Below, one piece after another: positions 13,747 to 27,581 of a stretch of 64,000 nt of DNA. The notes beneath the pieces are model-generated. The model was not told the origin of the DNA and did not search any database. It saw only the letters and a program-made list of their open reading frames with translations. Made by a program: the position numbers and the translations under genes. How positions within the stretch are numbered: the first letter of the stretch is position 1; each line of letters starts with the position of its first letter. This DNA comes from Eledone cirrhosa (taxonomy: Eukaryota). Location of the stretch: the NCBI GenBank assembly GCA_964016885.1, contig OZ024743.1:218178001-218242000 (forward strand), in the 5' to 3' direction.

Positions 13747-14142
13747 TACTCAATCACTCGCTCCAGTCACGATGCCCCACCCCGTCTTCGTTGAATCTTT
13801 TTTTTCTAATTTTTTTCTTTTTTCGTTTCATTTCTTATACATCTCTTTACTTTCAAGGTTTTCACCTTACTATCATTTTTTTCTTTCCATTTCTTTTCCA
13901 TTTTACTATCATCAATCTTTCATTGTCTTTATTTTCCTTATTTTATCCTTTCTTTCTCTATATATAAGTTTTCTCGTTGCTTTTGCGCTATATATATTAA
14001 GAGAAGTGTAAAAGAATTCACCGCCCACTGAAAAAGAAAAGGTGTGCATATATCTATAAAACACATGCAATGTGCCAATGGGTTGAATTGCTAACGTTCT
14101 ACATACATATATACACATATATATATATACATATATGTATAC

Positions 14143-14202
<60 letters not shown>

Positions 14203-14204
14203 AC

Positions 14205-14246
<42 letters not shown>

Positions 14247-14404
14247 GTATGAATTTATGTATGCTCCTGAACACTACAAGAAAAATCCGATACGCTTTCT
14301 AATTGCTTCGAGTTAAGAATGAATTGGTCTATTTTTTTTTATTATTTCGGAGTTTATTATCTATTTGTCTATCCATCTATCTATCTATCTATCTATCTAT
14401 GATT

Positions 14405-14773
14405 CCATTCTTTAAGTATCACTAGAAGGAGAATCAGGGTGGAGAGAGAGGCACTGCACCCCAGTAAATTTACTGAAAGGTGGGTGAATGAAGCGAAAAT
14501 GGCCCGAGTGATTGGGCCTTCTCTGTTTATAAGCCTGTAGGTTGAGGAAGAGAGCAAAAGGAAGAAAGGAGCACTTGCACAACACGCTCCTCGAGTTGAG
14601 GGTTGTTCTATCGACCGGGTATTAAACAACCCATTTGTGGCGCCTCCCCCCTATTGGGGATTTCGATTGTTGAAATTGTTTGTTTTCATATTTTTTACAC
14701 GACTGTATGTAAAATCCCCGGCATGTCTTTGTATTGTCCCCTTTCTTGTTGCGCCCTTGTGGCTAATAAAGAA
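14405..14773 (+). mobile_element. 3' end of Tx1/L1-like LINE inserted in (TATC)n
   Basis: Encodes RVEREALHPSKFTERWVNEAKMARV (ORF2 C-terminal F..RW motif); 3' UTR ends AATAAAGAA; flanked by (ATCT)n. Confidence 0.65.
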
Positions 14774-14845
14774 ATCTATCTATCGAGATAGATATAGAGA
14801 GAGATAAAACGACAGACAAACATATAGACGGACAAACAGACAGAC

Positions 14846-14919
<74 letters not shown>

Positions 14920-15450
14920 CTAGGCTCGTTCCTTATTTATATTTTTATTTCTGCTATCAATATTTACTCTTTCGATCATTCCTTCATGGCAATAGCTTTG
15001 AACAAATCATTGATTTGTAATTTCAGCGCTATTCCTACATCCCATCACTTACGACCTGCTGACAATAACTCGATAACCTGCAGAAATCGATTTTAGATTT
15101 GGGGTAGTGTTAAAATAAAAAATACATTTAAAAAAAGTTATAAAGCATTCCTATAAAAGCAATGTAAATTTTACATCCAAACTGCATTATATGTGTGTTT
15201 GTATGTGTGTGTGTGAATCTGTGTAAGCGCCTGTCCTCACACACACATGCAGGCATACTCACATATAATACAAATATATATAACACATATATATATATAT
15301 ATAACACATATATATATATATTCACATATATATATACATGCACACACACATATATATATATATATATACACACACATATATACACACACACATATACACA
15401 AACACACGCACGCACGCACACACACACACACATACACACATACACACATA

Positions 15451-15529
<79 letters not shown>

Positions 15530-15530
<1 letters not shown>

Positions 15531-15690
15531 ACGGAGGAAATGTGGTAAGGAACCAGGTGGACCATAACGCACCAAAGTACTCAATACTTAGGGTAGTAGA
15601 GTGGGTAATAGGAACGAGTAGGACCCCGACGGCTGAGCTCAAGCCGTTTCGACGGCTAATTCTGGACTAGCCGTCGGAGTCCTACTCGTT

Positions 15691-15693
<3 letters not shown>
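15530..15693 (-). mobile_element. Family A pLTR fragment with fold-back at HHR stem II
   Basis: Minus strand: GACGGCTA gtccagaat TAGCCGTC-GAAA-CGGCT tgagctc AGCCG-TC-GGGGTCC; inverted tail GGAGTCCTACTCGTTCC; (TA)n on both sides. Confidence 0.8.
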
Positions 15694-15725
<32 letters not shown>

Positions 15726-16033
15726 GTAATGAATATATATTTATATATATTCCCATATACACACACATATATGTTTGATATGTGTGTGATGGAGGAGGAA
15801 TATAGAACTCTTCTTGTTTTATTGTTTTTATTAATGCATTTTTTCACATAAATCCTTTGCAGTTGTTCGGAACAGAAAATTTATTATATCCATCATCAAC
15901 GTTTTTAGACTTTCTTAGTCACATCTTCTGGATTAAGTGCTGTTATTTCATATTGTTCGTTCTTTGTAATATGCAGTACCAAAGCTTTGCAGGTAAATAT
16001 TATCATTGAAATTCAATCCGCTTTATATAAATA

Positions 16034-16233
16034 CGAGGGTCAGCCGAAAAGTTCATAAACTAGCCAAGATACTCTCATGAAATGGCCGAATAAGTTTTCT
16101 TTTTCAATATCGTCCTAGGAAAGAAACAATGCAGTTATTAATAAAAAAAATATTGAGATTAATACATGCTAGGTTTCTCAGCTGGAGCATCACTCCTTCA
16201 TAGTCAGTCTATGAACTTTTCAGGTGACCTACG
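16034..16233. mobile_element. Tc1/mariner-type MITE
   Basis: TA|CGAGGGTCAGCCGAAAAGTTCATA ... TATGAACTTTTCAGGTGACCTACG|TA; siblings at 38622 and 53461. Confidence 0.8.
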
Positions 16234-16297
16234 TATATATATATATATTATAAAATAACAGGAGGCTGGACTGGTGTAATTCCTTAAAAGGTTTATT

Positions 16298-16355
16298 ATA
16301 CTATGATCATTTCAGTGACCGGGTTCAGTATGAATACGGTGACATCATCAGGTAT
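16298..16355 (-). ncRNA. Type I hammerhead ribozyme motif in pLTR fragment 16252-16430
   Basis: ATAC-CTGATGA-T GTCACCG..CGGTCAC T-GAAA-TGATCA-TA-GTAT; palindromic stem III; AATAAA immediately downstream. Confidence 0.7.
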
Positions 16356-16433
16356 TCGAAATCTAACAAAGGAATATAATAGACAAAATCCATGGGGCTG
16401 AAAACCCAGTGGTGAACCAACAAACCTAAATAA

Positions 16434-16504
<71 letters not shown>

Positions 16505-16505
16505 A

Positions 16506-16931
16506 TGGAAAAATTTGAACAGGAACAAAACAGAGAGGCAGTACAACGAATGTTTATTAATTTCACGCTCTGGAGAGTGAGGTGATAGTGGGGAACGACG
16601 TTTTGGGCATAAGCCCTTCCTCCGGTGAGAAGTGTGTGGGAACAGAGTTCAAAGGGTGGGTAGGGGAGTGGTGGAGAGACATATAGCGAAAGGAAACGGT
16701 GCGAATGAAATTAAAAATTAAAATAAAAATAAAAATAAAGCATGATCAAAATACAAGGAATGAAATAAAATTAAATATAAAAGCATGATCAAAATAAACT
16801 GAAATAAAAAGGGGGGTAAAACAGGTGGTGGAAGGGTGTGGGGTGTGTAGGGGTGGTGGCGGGTGGAGTGGGGAGAGGGAGACGGGGTATCCGAGCGGAG
16901 AGGGCTGAAGGTGGTGTGTGTGTGTAGGTGT

Positions 16932-16965
<34 letters not shown>

Positions 16966-17178
16966 ATGTGAAAGTAAGGGTTGGGGGAAGAACGGGGTTG
17001 CATGTTCAGGAAGAGGTGTGTGTGTGGGGGGGGGGGGTTGTAGGTCGGAGTGTCCGTGCGTGTGTGGATAGAGGGGTGGGGGGAGTGGAATCAGGAGGCT
17101 GAGGGTGTAAATATGTGGTGGAAAGCACGTGTGTGTGGAGTTTAAGCGTGTTGTGGGTGTAGGTGGCGTGTGGAGAAA
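16506..17178 (-). mobile_element. Family C PLE 3' region with degenerate HHR
   Basis: Minus strand 16624-16597: CGGAGGA-A GGGC TTAT GCCC-AAAA-CG-TC; C-rich upstream UTR (G-rich on + strand); ends in (TA)n. Confidence 0.6.
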
Positions 17179-17924
17179 TATTATCAGTCAGACATTTATT
17201 CGTGTTTTATAATAAATGTTATCTGTATTTGTTTGCATTCTGCTATAATTCCATTCATAAAACCAGATAACAGTAAGTTTCCAAGGACACAAATAAATGA
17301 CTATATTTACATGGAGACAGTAAATAACTAGATATATACTAAATATCTCTATAACACTATATAAAGCGATGTACACAATAAAACACACGAATTCAATTGG
17401 TTCTTCAAACGAACTAAACTACAACAATGTGAACGCATTTTATATTATGCCAAATGAAAATATACTAACCACACAAACTTTATTAATGAAATGCACCCTA
17501 ATTTAAAATACATGAACATATCAAAATCATCAAAAATAGAATACAAAATTGATCCTATAAGATCATAAACTAACGACAAAGATATACTATGTAAGCCCTA
17601 AAATCTGGAAGCAAAGACTGTAAGCCCTTGAACAAGCTGATAATGGCTAATATGGTTTACAATTACAATTGCCAACGTAGAAATTGTATACTGCTCAACT
17701 TACAATGTTACAGTGGTCATATAAGTACCACACCTTCCTGTCGGCTCACTTTACATGACCAACAATGATCAATTGCAACGCATTACACCACAGAACACAA
17801 AGCAGAACTAAATAGGAAAATATTGGTAAACAACACATCTATTCTATACGGAAGTTTTCAAGCGAGTTATGTGCAATAAGAATAAACGTTTGTTAATCTT
17901 TTGTTTCACTCTCCATTATTTTGA

Positions 17925-18103
17925 ATTGGCAGTATCGGTAGAGGGTCGGACGCCATGCTTTCCAGCATAGTTACGTCCCTTTATGGTCTGAGTTCAAATC
18001 CCGTCGAAGTTAACTTTGCCTTTCATCCTTACCGGGTCGATAAAATAAAGTACCAGTAATGAACTGGGTAATTGCTGGCCTTGTGCCAAAAGTAGAAACA
18101 ATT
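17925..18103 (+). mobile_element. SINE
   Basis: Near-full copy of the dominant family with A/B boxes and GTAGAAACAATT tail. Confidence 0.85.
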
Positions 18104-18167
18104 ATTTATATATATATATGTGTGTGTGTGAGTATGTAAAGTGAATGGTGTCTCTTAATTATAAATA

Positions 18168-20308
18168 TTTCAATGGCCTGGTTACGTAAGATCCTGATAA
18201 CAACATCAGGTTCGGATTGAATAATTAGTTAATCAATAAAGGAATTACGGCAAACAGAGAGAACAGAGAAAATATAGAAAATATTTGATTCGCAGATGGC
18301 CTGCGAAATAGATGTTATTGTTGCTGCAGACCATCTCTGAACAACAAGCTCGTCAATGTAGGCGCGACCAAGATGGGTGAGGTGCTTGTGTCGTGGCGAC
18401 ATATATCCTGCTGTTATAGATACTGCAATGTCGTTAATGATAGCCACCCGGACTATAGACACAGAGGTGAGGGGTAATAAATTCTGTGTGAATACATACT
18501 GTGCAAAACCAGCTACGTGTGACGGTGGAGAAGATCAAACTAAAGGAGATATTTTTTTATGGAGGTCATGAGGGTTATACAAATATATTTTGAAAAATCT
18601 TAAACAATAATAAAAAAATTTTTATAAAAATTTATAAAAGTAATGAAAGTTGGGTTGAATGTCGTGTTAAGTAAATGAACAAAAATGAATTACGAAAAAT
18701 ACATTACGCAAAAACAACTACATTAAGAAAAATGTATAAATTAAGAAAACGTATAAATTAAGAAAACGTATAAATTAGGGTTAAAATATAGATATAAATA
18801 TATATTAGTTAATGCCAGTGGTTCGCTAAAATAACTGATATGTGTGTGTTTGTATTGTGAAAGAAAAGACAAGGAGCGTTGTTTTGCATTATATAATAAC
18901 TGACGTAATGACTCTCCTTTCTACAAAGTCCGGAAAATGATATACGAGTATATTCATATAGTGAAAATGGGGAAATTATTTAATTCCAAGCACCCAAAGA
19001 ATGGAAACAAATTCCAGCGTCTTGTATGTAACTCGTAAATTCCTCAGATGGTCAGTCGATTATGTAACGCATACCAGATATTTATTTACAGCAGTGATAC
19101 TAATGATCATGATGATAGAACTGTGGAGGGATGGGTAAAAATGCAAGTATATAATTGAAGGTAAAATAGAAGAAATAAAAATAAAATATAATAAAATTAC
19201 GTTAGATTTAAATCAAAATAAAATTAAATTAAATCCTTAGCTAGTTTTGGGTCTTATGAGTCGCTCAATATTAGATTCCATATGGAATATAATATAATTA
19301 TATACTATAAGATAAAATATGAAAACAGAAATTTTATAATTTGTAATATGTGTCTCCCGGTGTAGTTATTATAATACTATATCGAATGTTAGGCAGTGAG
19401 TGAATTTCATGGGGTGGTAATTAAATATATAATTAATGGGTGGTAAATAAGTGAAAGAGATGATGAAAGGCAATTAATGAATAATAATTATTAATACCCC
19501 ATTGAAGCTATTAGAACAGAGACCCTACAAAGACATGTACCACACATGAGGTATAAGATAACCTGAAGGTTATGATGTACACATGTTATATTTGAAATAT
19601 ATAGTATAATAAAAACTATAATAGAAACCAAAGATCCATTGCAATGAGATAAAATGAAATGAGATAAAATTAAAAATTAAAATTAAATCAAATAATATGT
19701 AATATAAGGTCTGAGATGCAACTTTCAATATAGATACCTGAAAAATAACACTAAACTATAAAGGTAAAAACTCATTCAGCACAAGATATAGAAGGTCAAG
19801 TAGAAACAGAAGGAGTCGTGCAGATGCATGAAATAATTCAGAAAGTCCATCAGAAATCTCGTTGGTCCATATGGATATTTGTAGCAGAGTACGGTGTGGT
19901 CCTAGCTTTCATGTAGACTAAGTTTCGGCAAGTAGCCATAATCTGAGATAGTAGTCCTCCTAAGTTGGTGTCAGGGCCTTTGTTCTTCATTACATCGCAA
20001 AGCGCTCGACTGTAATAGGAGCTGCATGACTTTTATGTTTATGGTTGATCATAATGTTATAGTAGGAAAAGCACTCTACGTTACGCAACTCATCCATCGT
20101 TGATGTTGAATCCCGTGGCTGGTGCAGGAACGGAGTTAAATATTAATTTCATTAAAATAACAGGAGGTTGGACTAGTAATCTTCCTTTAAAGTTTTATTG
20201 GTGCAAAATCACTACATATATTTTAATGGCCTGGTTTCGTAAGATCCACGCGACATCATCAGGTTCGGATAGAATAATTAGTTAACCAATGAAGGAATTA
20301 CGGCAAAC
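18168..20308 (-). mobile_element. Non-autonomous PLE-like element bounded by diverged direct repeats with HHR remnants
   Basis: AATGGCCTGGTT.CGTAAGATCC..CATCAGGTTCGGAT.GAATAATTAGTTAA.CAAT.AAGGAATTACGGCAAACA at 18168-18256 and 20222-20308; 20155-20200 homologous to 16252-16297. Confidence 0.6.
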
Positions 20309-20841
20309 ACAAATATACATATGTATATGTATGTGTATGTGTGTGTGGGAGGGTTAGAGAGAAAGAGAGTGAGAGACGAAGGAGACAACTAAGCTTGGGT
20401 GTACTCAATGCATGAGAAGATACAGAGTGAGTATAGAGATAGGTAAAATCACGACCACGGCGCCACGCTTAAACTACTTGGCGCCGTGGTCGAGATGTTA
20501 CCGGTATGTGATAGGAGATGTGTGTATGAACTTGTCTTGTACATCACCTTTATTAACTATTATTACCTTCTTCCAGGCACATCTATGTAGCAACACACTT
20601 CTCCTCGTCCTCCTCCTCTTTCAATCTTTTCTATATTTCATTTGCTTCTCACCCACATCATGGAGTGTCTCGTTGTCGAGCACTGTCCGCTAGTTTCTGT
20701 CCTTTGAGTCACTTTTGACCATCGTTGTCTTTAACACCATTTAGCAGTTTTAACAGTTGTTCTAACGATGAGTTTTCTCATTTTTATATGAATTCAAATA
20801 CACCCTCACTTCGTCTCGATCAAAGACAACAATATACATAT

Positions 20842-20879
<38 letters not shown>

Positions 20880-20957
20880 CACCACCCCACTCTCAAGAGC
20901 GTGAAACCAATAAACCTTTGTTCGTACTGCCTCTCTGTTTTGTTCCCGTTCAAATTT

Positions 20958-20961
<4 letters not shown>
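20880..20961 (+). mobile_element. Family C terminal fragment
   Basis: Matches the reverse complement of 16510-16590; (TA)n on both sides. Confidence 0.65.
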
Positions 20962-20992
<31 letters not shown>

Positions 20993-21989
20993 TAAAATAT
21001 CAGATTAAAGTTTAAGCAAAGAATCGCTGCTTTCACCCTTAACGGGATCTTCTGAAACTAACAAAGTCAATCTGTAAACGCAGAAGTGGATATTTCAAAA
21101 AACATTGCAACCGGAGGAAGACAGGAAGACGATACTTTGGTTCGTGGAAACGTTCGCTGGAAAAGAACGGGAAAAAACGAATAATACGTCATTAATAGGA
21201 GCGGTGAAAAACAATTACGCGCAAAGACAGAACCACGTTTATGGTATAAAAGAGGTCGTAGTCTAATGTTCTCTTAAGTGGTGCATAGAGACGTTCTCTG
21301 GCAATGAACGAAAAAACGAAGATAATAAGTCATATGTCGAGCGTGGAGAACAATAGCACGCAAAGACAAAACCACGTAAATGGTATAGCAGGAGTTGTAG
21401 ACTAAAATTCTAACTAGGAGACCAAATGAATCTCCGCTACAGAGTTAAGAACAAAGTAAATAAATACAATACAGAAGTAATAGAAACAAATAAATACATA
21501 CACGCAAACAGATACGTACATACACAAGCATACGCAAAACCTTACCATAGGTATACAAAACCACGCACATATAAATATGTGTGTGTGTGTATGCTTGTGT
21601 ACAAATAAATAAATAATTATATAAACGTATATAAGTAAATAAATACGTATATAACAAGCGCACACACATACCTACAAATAAATACACGAATGTTCGGAGA
21701 CGTAGGTCAACTAAAACAAGAAGTACACATATACACACACCCACCATATGTACGAACCTGCATACTCACGCAGACGCAAAAACTCCCGTATACACATAGC
21801 CAAACCCTAAATACCAGAATATGTAAAAAATTATACGCCATAACAGTCAAATATACGTACGATAAGGTATACATACCTTCACAAAACATACGGGTAATAT
21901 ATACTTACCTATGCAAATAAGTAAAGGAATAAACAAAACATATACTTAGCTCCCACATCAAGACGTAAAATATCCACGTATAGATCGTG

Positions 21990-22585
21990 CTATCCGTTAG
22001 GGTATAACGTGGGGCTGTAATACAGGAAAGTTTTGTGCGTTTTATGTTTACAAGCCGAAATTGCCTCAGATTTTTTATTTAAGATATGGTCTGTGGCGTA
22101 GAGTATTTCCAGGGCCTCAGCAGCGCAGAGGTCACATGGTCTTTTATTTCCGTTATACGATCTAGCCCTAGCTTGGATCTCCCAGTGTAACTTATATTGG
22201 GTGTGGTTGTCTTTTAGACTCCAGATATGAGCTGAAAGTGACGTCATATTCCTTCTTAGAGGGTAACGAAATGAATGGGTATGCATGTAAAGACGCTGCT
22301 TGAAACTATTGGCGGTTAACCCTATGTAGGCCCTACGGGACGTGGGTGTTACAACCTTACATTTGTAGACAATGTTACTAAAGAGGCATTTCCCGGATAG
22401 GGGGCAGTCAGCCCGATTCCTACAATTACGGTTAGTACTAACTACAGGGTTGCGTGTGTTCCTACGGCTAGGTAGTTTAGCTAAATTTGAAGCTGTGATG
22501 TTATGTGCAAGGTTAGGAGTCGTAGAGTAAGAAATGTTAATAGTATTTCTATTAAAAAATTTTCTATATTTATGTGTATGCACCA
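21990..22585 (-). pseudogene. PLE GIY-YIG endonuclease domain (truncated ORF)
   Basis: NTINISYS..CRNRADCPLSGKCLFSNIVYKC..AYIGLTANSFKQRLYMH..CDLCAAE..LNKKSE..CKH. Confidence 0.88.
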
Positions 22586-22804
22586 CCAAAGAGAACATTA
22601 GTCTACGACCTCTTTTATACCATAAACGTGGTTCTGTCTTTGCGCGTAATTGTTTTTCACCGCTCCTATTAATGACGTATTATTCGTTTTTTCCCGTTCT
22701 TTGCCAGCGAACGTTTCCACGAACCAAAGTATCGTCTTCCTGTCTTCCTCCGGTTGCAACGTTTTTTGAAATATCCACTTCTGCGTTTACAGATTGACTT
22801 TGTT

Positions 22805-22855
22805 AGTTTCAGAAGATCTCGTTAAGGGTGAAAGCAGCGATTCTTTGCTTAAACT
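22805..22855 (+). ncRNA. HHR-like motif with CAGAAGA core (family B)
   Basis: AGTTT-CAGAAGA-TCTC gttaa GGGT-GAAA-GCA gcgattctt TGC-TT-AAACT; distal stem I ACAGATT/AATCTGT; also at 2626-2676(+), 21009-21059(-), 7743-7790(-). Confidence 0.55.
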
Positions 22856-22962
22856 TTAATCTGTTATTTTAATAAATATTTGCTCTACGGTTCTTATATA
22901 TTTGATATATATGTATCCTTATCGAGCCCTCTTTGGATTTTAGTCTTCAATTTTATTATTAT

Positions 22963-23020
<58 letters not shown>

Positions 23021-23099
23021 TTAAGGTAAATATTGATGCAATTCAATTCAAGCACTCAACGTACTTTTTCCACATAGGAGCGACGGAGTATATATCGAA

Positions 23100-23255
23100 T
23101 AAGAAAGGCGAAGTAGTTTCAGATGTTAAAGTCCTTTAATGATAATGCTGTGATACATATTTCAATGACGCCAGTGACCACTGTCGTCATTGAAATATGT
23201 ATCACAGCATTATCATTAAAGGACTTTAACATCTGAAACTACTTCGCTTTTCTTA
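23100..23255. repeat. Fold-back palindrome centred on an HHR stem II
   Basis: Near-perfect arms of about 77 bp around CAGTG ac CACTG; the arm continues GTCATT-GAAA-TATG-TA. Confidence 0.85.
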
Positions 23256-23476
23256 TATATATATTTTTGTCCTTAATTGTAAGTTGAAAACACACACACA
23301 CATAAAACAAACAACCAACCAGTAACATGTAAATAAACAAATAAATAAATGAGCATAAACACACACAGACACCCGGATGTGGCGCATGCGCAGACTGAGC
23401 ACACAACACACACACAGAAACAAAATGGCGTAGGACAGAACAAAAGAGAGGCACAGAAACAAAGAAAGGAATCCCC

Positions 23477-23521
23477 AGTCACTGAAGAGGTCACAGAGTG
23501 TGTGACGAAAGAACTATGACT
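23477..23521 (+). ncRNA. Minimal type I hammerhead ribozyme (5' pLTR)
   Basis: AGTCA-CTGAAGA-G GTCACA gagtg TGTGAC-GAAA-GAAC-TA-TGACT. Confidence 0.75.
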
Positions 23522-23645
23522 ATATATAAACAACTATCTGGTTGTGGAACCAACCAACCAACCAGAAATTTATAAATTTATAAATTTATAAATATATAAT
23601 AAATTGAAGTGAAAGCAACTGGTGCGTGTGTTTCTTATTGGCAAC

Positions 23646-26600
23646 ATGACCCTCCCAAAGTATAACAATATCGGTTTCAACACACGATTTCAGATAAAGA
23701 ATCTTGCTAAACAAATTCAGAAACGAAATATCGTAAGCCTTAGCCAGGCTAACAAGATACTAAAAACCACCATGTTCTGTTTTCTACGAAAAACCATAAC
23801 ATCTCGACAACTACACTTCATAAAACAATGTGCCTCATCCCAAGTCTACACCAACACCATCAACACCGACGTTAGAAGATTACAACTCACCAAAAAACAA
23901 GCAGATAGGCTAAAACGAACATTAATTCTAAACATAAAAAAGAAGATCTATAGAGAATTAAGTCATCAAGAAAAACATAAGCGTAACCTAATACAAGAAA
24001 TAGCTAGGATCACCACACCAAGAGAGAAACTAATATTTATAAGCCTTATACATCCTGAAGAACAGTACATTACTCAAGAATGTGATAAGCACTTTAACAA
24101 GAAACTAAAGTGGCTTAAGCAGATAAAGCTAAATCAGGATACTATAGAGAATACCAATAGATATCCCGACAAAATTGACGGTATAAATATGGCCGACACC
24201 TCATTAACAAAATAGTTCAACAACAACAACAACACAAATATATATGGTAACGCAAGAATAGATAACGATGAGATGTCTGTGTTATGTTTACCCCCGAAAT
24301 TTGCGACATTCAAGAAGGTAAATATGATTAGTTGTCTGTCAGAAATAGAAAAATCATTTACAAAACTACGCTGGAGCCTCAAAAACAAAAACAAAAACAA
24401 AAACAAAAGCAACAATATACGCACACACATATACAACACACATCCCAACAACAACAGACACACAGACACAAACAACAATAACAACAACACACACATCAAC
24501 AACAACAACAATAACAACATACCCAGAAACAACAACAACAGACACGCAGACACAAACAACAATAACAACACACACAACGACAATAACACACACGGAGACA
24601 ACAACAACACACATCAACAACAGCACACATCAACAACAACAACACACACGCATTCAATGCCTTTCACCACCACCACAATCTTAACAAACACACAGACACA
24701 GAAAACAAGTAATGACAGTAGCACAGAAATCACAGAAATAAGGGAAAGTAATAGGATTAAAAGGAGAAGGGGGACTAAGGACAAAGAGAATAACCAAGAC
24801 GAACACACAGACACACAAAATAGGGTAGATAACAACAATGAGCCAGTGGGAAGAGACAGGAGTAATTATGAGAGACATAGAAACAACCATGAGGCTGTTG
24901 GTGGAAATAGAAATAGAAACAACACAACTAACAATAACAATAGCACTAGTACAAATAAAGCAGCAGCCTGGAACTCTACGTTTTATAATCCCTCCGATAA
25001 ATCATTCGACCTGCGACGAGTCCACGCCACGACTATACCATTTAACAAACGCACGCAATTGCCGTCGCAGGTCGATGAACAAACAGAGGCACAATTTAGT
25101 ATAGCTAGATCCGAACTTAGAAATATTATAGAACAGTATAGCAAGAAGCATAATAGAATGGAGGCCAGCAACTGGGAGAAAAATCTGCAAATGGCTTGCG
25201 TAAGCTCATGCAGCGCTCACGTAATGGAGAGATAGCATGTTTCCAACAGACAAGTCTGGAAGAATGTCGGTTGACAGCCTGCCAAACTACATCCAGGCAA
25301 TGCAACCCCACATCACTAACACAAGAGAGGTAACACCACAGAAGCATGAGGATAGAGAAAAAGCCCTCAATGCCCATATGGTGATGTGGACGAATATAAT
25401 GCAGCCCAACAAAAGGACTGCCAACAACTTCCAGGCCTGGAACAATGACGTGCCGGCGTTGTATGGGCTTCGAAAAGACCATAAAACGGGCTGTGACCCT
25501 GTCGCGGGACCACCAACACGGCCAGTCTGTGGAGCTAACATTGCTAGTAACTACAGACTGTCCTACTTCCTCTCCCTGATCATACGCCCCATCATTGAAA
25601 TGTCCCCAGATGTATGTGACAGCACGGAGGACCTCCTTAGCAGAATCGGCGTGAGTAACCGATCTGGGGACCTAACAAACTGCATAATAGGCAGTATGGA
25701 TGTTGTGTCCCTGTATCCATCTATTGACGTGGATTTTGCTGTGGAGAAATGCGTAGAAATGATCAGTGAGAGCAAGGTTGAGTTCCGTGGGATTGATACC
25801 AGTGAGCTGGGACTTCTACTTAAGCTTACCTATAGTAATAGTTACCTAGACACATATGACCTTAGCAACCTGTGCCCTACAAGACCAGCAAGAGGCAGAC
25901 CACCTACCATTACCTCAATGGCCAAGAAAACCCACACAGATAGATGGAACGGGTGGACCAGAGCCATACGGACACTGGAAAACCACGATGAACTGAAGAA
26001 AATGATTGCACATGCGGTAGGGGCCAGCATAAAACTAACCCTTAAGGAACATATGTTCAAATTTAATGGAAAAACATATGCCCAAGAGGAAGGAGCAGCC
26101 ATTGGTGTTAGCATTGCAGGCGACATAGCTAACTTATTCATGGTATGGTGGGACAGTAGACTTAAACTTAAACTTAAAGAACAATTAGAAGACCCCTTAA
26201 CCCTGATAATGTACTCCCGCTACGTAGATGATATAAACATCGTAGTTAAGACACCCCCACTAGAGAACAGTCAGGAACTAGAGAAAAACACAATGGAAAG
26301 CATCCAGCAAATAGCAAACTCCATCCACCAGAGCATTAGAGTTACTATAGACTACCCAAGTAAACACCCCAACCATCGATTACCTGTACAAGACACAGAG
26401 CTCTGGTTAGATACCATTAACAACAAAAAACAAATCCTCCATTCCCATTATGCCAAACCCATGACTTCCAAACATCTGATCCACCGAAACTCAGCCATTT
26501 CGGACCATACCAAAATCAACATACTGATTGCGGATTTGGTACGGGTGATGAGAAATGTGTCCCGCATGTGCAACCCCGAAGAACTAGAGAGACACATACA

Positions 26601-27336
26601 ACACTTCATCCACCGTATGCAGTTCTCTGGCTACAATCAGAGAGATAAAATCAGAGTGTATAGAGGAGCCAGAACCAAATGGGAAAAAATGGTAAATAAT
26701 GACATAAATGGGACCTGCCCCTTGTATAGGAGCAAATTTTGGAATAGAATAGAAAGAACTAGGAACAAGGCTAATAGAATAAACTCATGGTATGATAGCA
26801 ATAAATACCAGAGTGTAATGTTCATCAATACAACCCCTTGAGGTGAATTAGCTTACAAATTTAGAAGGGCCCTAAATAAACATAAACTCAATATTAAGAT
26901 AGTAGAAAGACCAGGTACCTCCGTAAAAACACTTATTAGCAAGACATACCCTTTTCAAAGACCCTCATGTATAGATAAGAAATGTATAACCTGTAAAATA
27001 AGCCCCCATATTAACTGTAAAACTAGCATAAGATGTACTGAAGGACAATGTAGAAACAAAAATATAGTGTACATAGGTGAGACAGCTCGTAGTATAGGGG
27101 AACGGATAAATGAACACTGGCGAGACCTTCAAGATAATAAAGAATCATCTGTACTTTACCAACATGCTAAGATAGAACACAAGGGTAAATTAGAGAACAT
27201 AGAAATAAAAATAGAATCTACACACAGAAAAGACGCAATGTTTAGACAAATTACAGAGGCAATAAACATAAAAGAATTACAACCAAAATTAAATAGAAAA
27301 TATGAGTGTAACAGCAACATCACAACTTACAATTAA
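23646..27336 (+). pseudogene. PLE polyprotein: N-terminal region, reverse transcriptase, GIY-YIG endonuclease (disrupted)
   Basis: PTDKSG, LYGLRKDHK..PTRPV, GSMDVVSLYPSI, QEEGAAIGVSIAGDIANLFM, YSRYVDD, CIDKKCITC, YIGETARSIGERINEH; stops at 24213 and 26839, frameshifts near 25180-25240, 15-bp deletion near 27027. Confidence 0.92.
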
Positions 27337-27536
27337 GGACAAAATGAAAACACACACACACATAGAACAAACAACCAACCAGTAACATGTAAATAAACAA
27401 ATAAATAAATGAACATAAACACACACAGACACCCGGATGTGGCGCATGCGCAGACTGAGCATACAACACACACACAGAAACAAAATGGCGTAGGACAGAA
27501 CAAAAGAGAGGCACAGAAACAAAGAAAGGAATCCCC

Positions 27537-27581
27537 AGTCACTGAAGAGGTCACAGAATGTGTGACGAAAGAACTATGACT
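27537..27581 (+). ncRNA. Minimal type I hammerhead ribozyme (3' pLTR)
   Basis: Same fold as 23477-23521. Confidence 0.75.

Larger units (their letters stand above)
20988..22965 (-). mobile_element. 5'-truncated PLE (family B, Nematis-like GIY-YIG) with inverted pLTR copy
   Basis: Minus ORF 21990-22598; 20988-21273 is the reverse complement of 22591-22874; (TA)n on both sides. Confidence 0.88.

Noticed and set aside
16810-17170. G-quadruplex-rich regulatory element
   Set aside because: G-runs are present but belong to the low-complexity UTR of a family C element; no evidence of function.
26839-26841. In-frame TGA in the PLE ORF as possible selenocysteine (as in some Naiad PLEs)
   Set aside because: Sibling copies have AGA (Arg) at this position, it is not a Cys position, and the endonuclease is C-terminal; a simple nonsense mutation.
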